Below are positions 10,803 through 20,899 of a stretch of DNA of 64,000 bases, in pieces. The stretch covers positions 4,340,001 through 4,404,000 of the forward strand of contig JBNJNM010000011.1 of the NCBI GenBank assembly GCA_052426225.1, read 5' to 3'. The notes beneath the pieces were generated by a model. It was not told the DNA's origin, ran no database searches, and saw nothing but the letters and a program-made list of their open reading frames with translations. Source of the stretch: Zancudomyces culisetae HAW-14-8 (lineage: Eukaryota; Fungi; Kickxellomycota). The translations under genes were made by a program, and so were the position numbers. The stretch's first letter is position 1. The number at the start of each line of letters is the position of its first letter.

Positions 10803-13800
10803 ATGTCCTTGATTCGATTGTCCGCCCTAAAAAAATTGGAGTTGGAAAAAAAATTAAAGTGTATACTAAAAGTTGAAGAAAATAAAAATGAAAGAGAGAA
10901 AAATTTAAAAAACAAAAAAACAAAAAATTTATACCAAAAAAAAATTGAAAAAAAAAATGAAAAAATTAACCTAAAAATAATGACATACAACGTATGCTCA
11001 ATAAAAAATAAAAAATATGAATTAGATTATTTTTTAACCAAAGTAAATCCAACCATACTATGCTTGCAGGAGACCCACCTGCAGGAGAAGTCTGGGAGGA
11101 TGAACATAAATGGCTACACATGTGTAGAGTCAAAAAGGCCGACACTAAAGACGGGTTCTGGTCTTCTAGTGGGGGTAAAAAAAAATATTGGCTGGCACAT
11201 AGAGGAGTATAAAAATAATAATACCTGGATGGCCGCAAAAATACATGGATATACAGAAAAGGAGCATAAAAGACTGGAAGTGATGGTAGTGAATGTACAC
11301 ACGCCACACAAACCAAAAGAAAGAACTATGATGAAGAAGGAGGTAGAGGACTTTATCAACAAGGAATACGGGAAAAATAAGGAAATAAAAATAATACTAT
11401 GCGGCGACTTCAATATGAGGACAAGTATAGTAACCCCTTGGCTAAAAAAACTCAGGTGTATAGTCAGGAGAGCCCCGACAAGGAAACGAAGCGGGACAAG
11501 GATAACAAAAAAGCGACTGAAGAACACCATCGACCACATCTTTTATACCCCCACAGTAGGACAATTCGTGACAACAAAACTACACAAAAAAATTGACCTC
11601 AGCGACCATCTGGCTATTACAGCCAACTTTACCATTGAGGAAATTAAACCAGAGCAGCAAAAAAAAATTGTCAACCGGAAACTATTGGACCAAAAATCAG
11701 AACTGTTCAGAACTCACAATAAATTTTCAATTTTGACATCTCTTAACGAAACTGACGAACTAATCAGTGAAACCGTCAATGAGACTAAAAAATTGATGGA
11801 TAAGATGACAAGAAAAAATAATCCAAACCCAAAAAATAATGAGAAATTGGCCGAAAAAAATTCCGAAGCCAAAAAAAATCAACATTTTTTAAGTAAAAAA
11901 ACGCGAAAAATGATCAAACTTCGTTGCAAATTGTTCAAAAAAATGCTCAGAACTTGTGATGAACACGAGAAAGAGCTGTTTTATAATGACTACGTCCAGA
12001 TGAAGTCCAAAACTACAAAACTGATCAAAAGTGACCAAAAATTACATAAAAAAAAGGAGTTAGTTAAACTATGCGAACACATCAAAGGCAATGATGCCAA
12101 GACGATGTGGAGATGGTTAAAAATGAGGGCTCTAAATAAAAAATCTGTTTTCAATAATGGAGGAGTCCTGGATGAATCAGGAAGGGAGATAACAGAGGAA
12201 GCAGAAAAACTCAAAGTATGGATAAAACATTTCTACAAGCTATCGAAGAATGAAAACTCAGCATTAAACACAATCCCAGAAGAAAGAGAGGAGGAAGTGG
12301 ACTACTTCAGAGAATGCGACGAAGAGCCAACATGGACAGAAATAAAAGAAGCACTCAAGGAGACACCGAGAAATAAAGCAGCTGGAGAGGATGGCATTCC
12401 AAGCGAAGTTTGGAAAAGTACACAAAGCGATGATGATGCAGAATCGGAACTTGCAGTACTTTTATTAACCATAATTAAAAAATTCTGGAATAATCCAAAG
12501 TTAAACAGTGAAAACAATACTAGCGTAATCGTTCCTATCTTCAAAAAAGGAAACACTAAAGACCCAAACAATTATAGGGGGATTTCGCTAATCCCAACCA
12601 TAACCAAACTTATAGCTAAAATAGTCGCTAATAAATTAAGATTAATAGATAATAGACATATATTATTAGCAAAAGAGCAAGCGGGATTCAGAACACTGGA
12701 GGAATGCGTAGCTCAAGCTACAGCTCTATACGAAATTATAAAAAGGCGAAAAATTAATAATACAAAAACCATAATTTGTTTTATTGATTTTGAAAAAGCC
12801 TACGACAAAGTGCAACACAATTTATTATTCAAAAAATTAAAAATGAACAAAATAAATGGTAAATTGCTAACAGTAATTAAAGAATTATACGCTAACGCAA
12901 AGATAAAAGTGAGGGTAGGAAATGGATTATCGGAGGCGATGAACTTCGAAAGAGGTGTTCGCCAAGGATGCCCAGCCTCACCAATGCTTTTTGATATTTT
13001 TATCAACGATATATTTGAAGGAATGGAGGGAATAGAAGTGCCAGGGATTCAAGAAAAAATTCCGGGACTACTATTTGCAGACGATACAGTTTTATTGTCA
13101 GACACTCCAGAACAGATGCAAGAAGCACTTAACATGATGCAGCAATGGTGTCAGAAGTGGGACATGAAGGTGAATGCTAGCAAGAGTGCGATTATGACAG
13201 TTGAAGCAGTGAATAGAACAAGCGACGAAAATAACAATAATATTGAAATTACGATTCCAGAATACTTTTTGGGAAATGCAAAAGTACCAGAAGTAGATGA
13301 ATATAAATACTTGGGTGTTATATTCAATAAATATTGGAATAACAAGCTACACATACAGGAGAGGAAAGAAAAAGTACAAAGAGCAACCATGAGCAACTAC
13401 TATCTACTCAAAGACAGAAATACACCACTGTTGATGAAAAAGATGGTAATTAGGTCGATAGTCATTGCGGTCGCTAGTTATGGAGGTGAAATGTTCGGCA
13501 TGTCTGAAGCAAGGGTAAAACCGATACAGCAAGCCGTGGACAACACATTGAGAATAGCCATGGGAGTGGGCAGATCGACATGCATGAGGAGATTGCGAGA
13601 AGAATTAAATATAACAGATATTTACAGTAGAACGACCAGAGCTAGAGACAGAGCATTCCACAAATGGAGTGGCATGAAAACATGGATAGCAGATTTAATA
13701 CAGAACCCCTTCAAACACTCGAAGGACACTTGGGTCACAGGGTACACAAGGTGGTCTAACAGATTCAACAGGATCAAGATTGACAATTCACCAACCGGAG

Positions 13801-14426
13801 AGGTAAGAAAAACCAAAGAGACACTCGAGATAAACAACAGGCTGAAAGACAAGTCGAATATTACAAAGTGGATAAAGGAAGTTGGAGCAGGCCGACAAAG
13901 GAATTGGGTCGACTTACAAGCGGCCTTTCCACAGTACATGAAACACATTCTTTTCGTAGGTCGAATTCGAATAGGTCAATTCTGGACCGCCACGAGATTA
14001 GCAAATTCGGGTTTTATAGATCCAGATTACAAAGCCAAATGTCCGTTCTGTAAGAAAGAAGAAAAAGAAACAGTTGAACATTACCTATTAGATTGCAGCA
14101 GATGGGACGAAATTAGGAAGGATTTACTTACTGAATTTATAGATTTTTATAGTTCTTTTTTATCTAGCACGATTTCCGAGTGTGTTGAGCTTCGCAGGAA
14201 AATCGTGGGTAAACTCCTGGGGGAGGAGTTAAAGCTCAAACTACCTGGGATTCTTCGAGATCCAAACGCCACTTGCGTTAGAGCAGTGGTTTCCACAGCC
14301 CGGTTTCTTAACGAGACCTTTTTACCTCGCTACCTAGTGTTGAAAGACATTAGTGTAGTCCCACTCCCCTTGAACCAATGCCCATCGGGTACGGAGACTC
14401 TAGAGAGTCGAAGGGGAATAGGATGA
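10803..14426 (+). CDS. LINE ORF2p: AP-endonuclease, reverse transcriptase, C-terminal CCHC
   Basis: APE motifs TYNV, CLQET, GDFN, IDHI, SDH; RT motifs YRGISL, QAGFR, DFEKAYD, GVRQGCPASP, FADD, YKYLG; CPFC...ETVEHYLLDC. First ATG at 10803; the frame is open from 10590. Confidence 0.96.
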   Translation: MSLIRLSALKKLELEKKLKCILKVEENKNEREKNLKNKKTKNLYQKKIEKKNEKINLKIMTYNVCSIKNKKYELDYFLTKVNPTILCLQETHLQEKSGRMNINGYTCVESKRPTLKTGSGLLVGVKKNIGWHIEEYKNNNTWMAAKIHGYTEKEHKRLEVMVVNVHTPHKPKERTMMKKEVEDFINKEYGKNKEIKIILCGDFNMRTSIVTPWLKKLRCIVRRAPTRKRSGTRITKKRLKNTIDHIFYTPTVGQFVTTKLHKKIDLSDHLAITANFTIEEIKPEQQKKIVNRKLLDQKSELFRTHNKFSILTSLNETDELISETVNETKKLMDKMTRKNNPNPKNNEKLAEKNSEAKKNQHFLSKKTRKMIKLRCKLFKKMLRTCDEHEKELFYNDYVQMKSKTTKLIKSDQKLHKKKELVKLCEHIKGNDAKTMWRWLKMRALNKKSVFNNGGVLDESGREITEEAEKLKVWIKHFYKLSKNENSALNTIPEEREEEVDYFRECDEEPTWTEIKEALKETPRNKAAGEDGIPSEVWKSTQSDDDAESELAVLLLTIIKKFWNNPKLNSENNTSVIVPIFKKGNTKDPNNYRGISLIPTITKLIAKIVANKLRLIDNRHILLAKEQAGFRTLEECVAQATALYEIIKRRKINNTKTIICFIDFEKAYDKVQHNLLFKKLKMNKINGKLLTVIKELYANAKIKVRVGNGLSEAMNFERGVRQGCPASPMLFDIFINDIFEGMEGIEVPGIQEKIPGLLFADDTVLLSDTPEQMQEALNMMQQWCQKWDMKVNASKSAIMTVEAVNRTSDENNNNIEITIPEYFLGNAKVPEVDEYKYLGVIFNKYWNNKLHIQERKEKVQRATMSNYYLLKDRNTPLLMKKMVIRSIVIAVASYGGEMFGMSEARVKPIQQAVDNTLRIAMGVGRSTCMRRLREELNITDIYSRTTRARDRAFHKWSGMKTWIADLIQNPFKHSKDTWVTGYTRWSNRFNRIKIDNSPTGEVRKTKETLEINNRLKDKSNITKWIKEVGAGRQRNWVDLQAAFPQYMKHILFVGRIRIGQFWTATRLANSGFIDPDYKAKCPFCKKEEKETVEHYLLDCSRWDEIRKDLLTEFIDFYSSFLSSTISECVELRRKIVGKLLGEELKLKLPGILRDPNATCVRAVVSTARFLNETFLPRYLVLKDISVVPLPLNQCPSGTETLESRRGIG

Positions 14427-14692
14427 GTTTAGAATATAGATTGTTTTTATTTTTTAGGAACTGTTTATTTTCTAAATAAATTTTTTTTTCTACCGAAAAA
14501 AAAAAAAAAAAGCCATGGGAGTGGGCAGATCGACATGCATGAGGAGATTGCGAGAAGAATTAAATATAACAGATATTTATAGTAGAACGACCAGAGCTAG
14601 AGACAGAGCATTCCACAAATGGAGTGGCATGAAAACATGGATAGCAGATTTAATACAGAACCCCTTCAAACACTCGAAGGACACTTGGGTCA

Positions 14693-16670
14693 TTTCAAAA
14701 AAGGAAACACTAAAGACCCAAACAATTATAGGGGGATTTCGCTAATCCCAACCATAACCAAACTTATAGCCAAAATAGTCGCTAATAAATTAAGATTAAT
14801 AGATAATAGACATATATTATTAGCAAAAGAGCAAGCGGGATTCAGGACACTGGAGGAATGCGTAGCTCAAGCCACAGCGCTATACGAAATTATAAAAAGG
14901 CGAAAAATCAATAATACAAAAACCATAATTTGTTTTATTGATTTTGAAAAAGCCTACGACAAAGTGCAACACAATTTATTATTCAAAAAATTAAAAATGA
15001 ACAAAATTAATGGTAAATTACTGGCAGTAATTAAAGAACTCTATAATAACGCAAAAATAAAAGTAAGGGTAGGAAATGGATTATCGGAGGCGATGAACTT
15101 CGAAAGAGGTGTTCGCCAAGGATGCCCAGCCTCACCAATGCTTTTTGATATTTTTATCAACGATATATTTGAAGGAATGGAGGGAATAGAAGTACCAGGA
15201 ATTCAAGAAAAAATTCCGGGACTACTATTTGCAGACGATACAGTTTTATTGTCAGACACCCCAGAACAGATGCAAGAAGCTCTTAACATGATGCAGCAAT
15301 GGTGTCAGAAGTGGGACATGAAGGTGAATGCTAGCAAGAGTGCGACTATGACAGTTGAAGCAGTGAATAGAACAAGCGACGAAAATAACAATAATATTGA
15401 AATTACGATTCCAGAATACTTTTTGGGAAGTGCAAAAGTACCAGAAGTAGATGAATATAAATACTTGGGTGTTATATTCAATAAATATTGGAATAACAAG
15501 CTACACATACAGGAGAGGAAAGAAAAAGTACAAAGAGCAACCATGAGCAACTACTATCTACTCAAAGACAGAAATACACCGCTGTTGATGAAAAAGATGG
15601 TAATTAGGTCGATAGTCATTGCGGTCGCTGGGTATGGAGGTGAAATGTTCGGCATGTCTGAAGCAAGGGTAAAACCGATACAGCAAGCCGTGGACAACGC
15701 GATAAGAATAGCCATGGGAGTGGGCAGATCGACATGTATGAGGAGATTGCGAGAAGAATTAAATATAACAGATATTTACAGTAGAACGACCAGAGCTAGA
15801 GACAGAGCATTCCACAAATGGAGTGGCATGAAAACATGGATAGCAGATTTAATACAGAACCCCTTCAAACACTCGAAGGACACTTGGGTCACAGGGTACA
15901 CAAGGTGGTCTAACAGATTCAACAGGATCAAGATTGATAATGTACCAACCGGAGAGATAAGAAAAACCAAAGAGACACTCGAGATAAACAACAGACTGAA
16001 AGACAAGTCGAATATTACAAAGTGGATAAAGGAAGTTGGAGCAGGCCGACAAAGGAACTGGGTCGACTTACAAGCGGCCTTTCCACAGTACATGAAACAC
16101 ATTCTTTTCGTAGGTCGAATTCGAATAGGCCAATTTTGGACCGCCACGAGATTAGCAAATTCGGGTTTTATAGATCCAGATTACAAAGCCAAATGTCCGT
16201 TCTGTAAGAAAGAAGAAAAAGAAACAGTTGAACATTACCTATTAGATTGCAGCAGATGGGACGAAATTAGGAATGATTTACTTACCGAATTTATAGATTT
16301 TTATAGTTCTTTTTTATCTAGCACGATTTCCGAGTGTGTTGAGCTTCGCAGGAAAATCGTGGGTAAACTCCTGGGGGAGGAGTTAAAGCTCAAACTACCT
16401 GGGATTCTTCGGGATCCAAACGCCACTTGCGTTAGAGCAGTGGTTTCCACAGCCCGGTTTCTTAACGAGACCTTTTTACCTCGCTACCTAGTGTTGAAAG
16501 ACATTAGTGTAGTCCCACTCCCCTTGAACCAATGCCCATCGGGTACGGAGACTCTAGAGAGTCGAAGGGGGATAGGATGAGTTTAGATTATAGATTGTTT
16601 TTAATTGTTTATAGGAACTGTTTATTTTCTAAATAAATTTTTTTTTCTACCGAAAAAAAAAAAAAAAAAA
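14693..16670 (+). mobile_element. 5'-truncated LINE copy (~1.98 kb) nested in the host copy
   Basis: Starts at the equivalent of ~12540 in ORF2 and ends in A18; TSD GACACTTGGGTCA (14680-14692 / 16671-16683). Confidence 0.94.
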
Positions 16671-18012
16671 GACACTTGGGTCACAGGGTACACAAGGTGG
16701 TCTAACAGATTCAACAGGATCAAGATTGATAATGTACCAACCGGAGAGATAAGAAAAACCAAAGAGACACTCGAGATAAACAACAGGCTGAAAGACAAGT
16801 CGAATATTACAAAGTGGATAAAGGAAGTTGGAGCAGGCCGACAAAGGAACTGGGTCGACTTACAAGCGGCTTTTCCACAGTACATGAAACACATTCTTTT
16901 CGTAGGTCGAATTCGAATAGGTCAATTTTGGACCGCCACGAGATTAGCAAATTCGGGTTTTATAGATCCAGATTACAAAGCCAAATGTCCGTTCTGTAAG
17001 AAAGAAGAAAAAGAAACAGTTGAGCATTACTTACTAGATTGCAGCAGATGGGACGAAATTAGGAAGGATTTACTTACTGAATTTATAGATTTTTATAGTT
17101 CTTTTTTATCTAGCACGATTTCCGAGTGTGTTGAGCTTCGCAGGAAAATCGTGGGTAAACTCCTGGGGGAGGAGTTAAAGCTCAAACTACCTGGGATTCT
17201 TCGGGATCCAAACGCCACTAGCGTTAGAGCAGTGGTTTCCACAGCCCGGTTTCTTAACGAGACCTTTTTACCTCGCTACCTAGTGTTGAAAGACATTAGT
17301 GTAGTCCCACTCCCCTTGAACCAATGCCCATCGGGTACGGAGACTCTAGAGAGTCGAAGGGGAATAGGATGAGTTTAGAATATAGATTGTTTTTATTTTT
17401 TAGGAACTGTTTATTTTCTAAATAAATTTTTTTTTCTACCGAAAAAAAAAAATAAAATAAAATAAAATTTACCGAAAAAAAAACTGACTAGCTCCTTGAG
17501 AACATAGATCAAAAGACGTAGTGCTTATATTGAATTGGGCATTAATAGGTTTCTAAATAGACGTTATCAGAATAACCCGACTATTTTTAACCGACCTAAA
17601 GCACAGAAAACATAAAGGCCTAAGGTTTCATACAAATGGCTTGTAGCACCAAATGTGGCTATATATGGTCACAAGGATTTTTTCTTATGTTTGTATTTAT
17701 TTATGTGTATTGAAAAGCAGTTTGTGTCTGCGCTTTTTTTAACCGCGTTTTTTTGTCAAAATATAAAAGGTAAACCAATTTGACTGGCTAGTATGTGTTA
17801 AAATATGTTTCATCTGATATACGGATAGCGTAGAATCTGGAGCACATGAAATACATTTTTTTGAATACTTCCGTTATATAATGACAACTTCCATCGCCAC
17901 TTTTCGGGACATACTCTTTTTTACACAAGGCTCATTTCCAAAAACCTAGCGTATATGTACTGTAAACAAGAATATTATAGTTGTATATTATTAATAGAGG
18001 TTTAAGTTAAGA

Positions 18013-19221
18013 ATGACACAAGCAGAAGAACCAGAACCAATCTCCAGACTCAGGAAGTATCTACAAATCAAAACTGTCCACCCAAAACCAGACTACGAAT
18101 CTTGCAAAAACTTCTTGATCCAACAAGCCGGAGAAATAGGTTTGGAACATCAGGTAGTTGAGTGTGTAGAAGGCAAACCCATAGTTATAATAAAACTTGC
18201 TGGTACTGACCCTACTCAAAAATCCATTTTATTGAGTTCGCATACTGACGTAGTTCCAGTATTTGAAGACCAGTGGAAGTACGATCCATTTGCTGCAGAA
18301 AGAGTTTTAGAAGGTGATGAGATCAGAATTTACGCACGTGGTGTTCAGGATATGAAAGCACAAGGGATGTGCTATCTGGAGGCGTTCAGAATACTCAAAA
18401 GAGCTGAAAAAAGACTAACCAGAAACGTGTATGCAATATATGCACCTGATGAGGAGATAGGAGGTGCCGATGGGGTGGAAGCACTAGTAGAGACCAAAGA
18501 GTTTGAAGCCTTGAACGCAGGATTTGACCTAGATGAAGGTGGTCTTGGTGTGGGTGACACTGTCATAGCGTTTACAGCGGAGAGGCTTTTAAACGCTGTC
18601 AGGTTTACTGCACACGGGAACACAGGCCATGGAAGCCAATTCATTGAGGGAACTGCAATTGAAAAGCTACTTCCCGTTATGAATTGGATGCTTGCTTTCA
18701 GAGAAGAGGAAAAGGTCAAACTCAACACAATCGAGGGCGACCGGTTTCTATGTCAAGGTGCGGTAACAGCTACAAATCTTACAATTCTGGAGGGAGGGAA
18801 GCAACAAAACGTGGTCCCAGCTACGTTTTCTGCAACGTTTGATATGCGTGTATCTCCGAATAGAGATATCATGGTGCTCAGAAAGACTATACGCGATTTT
18901 GCAGAAAAACACAATGTCCAGTGTACTTTTCTTTCTACCGACTCAGTAAACCCAGTTACCACATGGGACTCAAGCGATCCTTTCTGCGCGTCAATAGAAA
19001 AGGTGTTTGAAAAGCGCATGATTAAGTGGAGTAAAGTCATTTGCTTTGCTGTATCAGACGCCAGACATATTAGGCGCAAAGGAATTCCCGCTATTGGAAT
19101 TAATCCACTAACAAATCATCCCTTACTTCCTCATGACCACAATGAGTATGTTAGAGAAAAGGACTTTTTGGAAGCCATTGATGTTTATGTTGATCTGATT
19201 AGTGGGTTGGCTAATGCCTAG
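18013..19221 (+). CDS. ACY1: aminoacylase-1 (M20A metallopeptidase)
   Basis: SHTDVVP, IYARGVQDMK, PDEEIGG, LDEG, G.TGHGS, HDHNE motifs. Confidence 0.92.
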   Translation: MTQAEEPEPISRLRKYLQIKTVHPKPDYESCKNFLIQQAGEIGLEHQVVECVEGKPIVIIKLAGTDPTQKSILLSSHTDVVPVFEDQWKYDPFAAERVLEGDEIRIYARGVQDMKAQGMCYLEAFRILKRAEKRLTRNVYAIYAPDEEIGGADGVEALVETKEFEALNAGFDLDEGGLGVGDTVIAFTAERLLNAVRFTAHGNTGHGSQFIEGTAIEKLLPVMNWMLAFREEEKVKLNTIEGDRFLCQGAVTATNLTILEGGKQQNVVPATFSATFDMRVSPNRDIMVLRKTIRDFAEKHNVQCTFLSTDSVNPVTTWDSSDPFCASIEKVFEKRMIKWSKVICFAVSDARHIRRKGIPAIGINPLTNHPLLPHDHNEYVREKDFLEAIDVYVDLISGLANA

Positions 19222-20899
19222 ATTATTTTTTCCCTATTGTTTTCTGTTCTCATAATTTTCACTGTTTCAAGTTCATCAATTCATATTCTGAAAAAATATA
19301 CATCAGAGTTCCTCTCAAGCTTGGTCAAGCATTCTATTTCATGAAAACATTATTATGTTTATTAAGTATTAATGGGTGGAATCCTCGAAATTCTCCGGAT
19401 AAAAATTCAAATTCCTTTTTAAGATCCATTTCTTGGTGTCATGTATATCTCCTTAAATAGATGGTAATTTTGTCACTGAACAATCCAAGCTCTTTCTTGA
19501 AAATCACTAGATGAAAAACATTGCATGCATTTGTGTGTGAGGTGCTTAGGTTTTATTCTGTTACATTTTATAACATCCTACTTTACTCTTTCACGTCACA
19601 TTGTCATACTGATATTCTGTGAAAGACAAAAAGATAGCTCTGCCACTTGTTCAAACCAACATAGTTGACTGTTAACTATTCTTTGTATTCTATATGTAAA
19701 ATCACAATACAATATCAGTTTTTCTTTTTAAATGTTATCATCGTGTAATTAATCCCCTTCGATATGTATATGGCTAATACCCAGTACTTTTACCATTTTT
19801 ACCATCTTTTTAGATTATTTTGTCAGATGAAAGGTTGGGGTTTTTACAAAAACTTTAACACAAATGATGGGTTTTATCAAACAGTCGGTATTTAGTGTAT
19901 TTCAACTGAACTTTCAATTCTTTTAGTTCTTTCACATCTCCCACCCACCCTCCAACAAAAATTAACAGTGAATTGTGTTTTTTTATTTTCCTTTTATTTG
20001 GTCTTAATTTAGTTGCTGTCGACCATTAGATTTTCGAATAAAAATTCAAGTTCTCATTTTCCAATTTATATAATAATGATGGGAATCAAATGGTGTATTA
20101 ACTAAAAGAAATTGAACCTAAATTGCTGATTGTTATCTCATTGCTGTTTTGATTGGTAATCGCTTTCTGGGTCATCGCACTTTAAAACTTTCCCAATCAA
20201 CACGACAGTTCACATAAGATCTCTTATTTCTTATTTCATTAAATACAGTCCAAGTACTTCATCTAAAGTATGCCTTCACTTTCAGACAATAACTAAAAAA
20301 TATCTTAAATTCACATTTAAATATGTTTACCTTGAAGGTGATGTGCTAGTCTGATGCAAGAGTATAAAATTAATAATGGCAAGTTATGCCTTTCTATATG
20401 TTCAGTAAAACCAAAGACTAGTTAAAAATCATCGATGGTTTTATCCAAATATTGACAGAGCTTTCGTATTTAATCTTTGATTTTATCATATATTTAACGT
20501 TGTACAATCATCTTTTTTATTTAAAAGTAATCACATGACAAAGTAGAGTTTACATAAAACATATAAACCTGGTAATACCAACAAAACAGTATTTACCGAG
20601 AAACTAATGAAACAAAGGGGCTATACCTACAGCATGGAAGGATTAAAGTGTCTTATGTTGTCTACTGTGTTGTCTATTATTGCGATTGTTTTGAAGTTTG
20701 GAGGGATAGAATGTTGGATTAAGTTTCAGCTTGCATATGGAATAACGGTATCACTTTTTTCTTATAACCTGATGGTTTTTCAGTCAATTCGATATCAAAT
20801 GAAAGTGTCACCTATTGCTCCAACCACTAAGACCTAAAAAGTGATAAAAAATACATTTCTTACACGCTTACTAATTCAAGAATAAGTAACATTACTACT

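Larger units (their letters stand above)
8691..14510 (+). mobile_element. full-length, apparently intact non-LTR retrotransposon (LINE, APE-type, L1-like organisation)
   Basis: A-rich 5' UTR, ORF1, ORF2, ~70-nt 3' UTR, A15-16 tail; flanked by TSD AGCCATGGGAGTGGG (8676-8690 / 14511-14525). Confidence 0.96.
8431..17452 (+). mobile_element. 5'-truncated LINE host copy (~1.2 kb) split into three pieces: 8431-8690, 14526-14692, 16684-17452
   Basis: With the two inserts and one copy of each TSD removed, the pieces are colinear with ~13311-14506 of the full-length element and end in the same 3' UTR plus A11. Confidence 0.92.

Noticed and set aside
8431-17452. LINE array as an assembly artefact or simple tandem duplication
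   Set aside because: Two distinct perfect TSDs, separate poly(A) tails and copy-specific SNPs fit real nested insertions
16684-17452. Host copy alternately matching copy 1 and copy 2 as evidence of mosaicism
   Set aside because: With three sequences, private mutations in each copy produce this pattern without recombination
19230-19900. Stop-riddled coding-like minus-strand stretch behind ACY1
   Set aside because: No diagnostic motif; cannot support a pseudogene or TE call without a search
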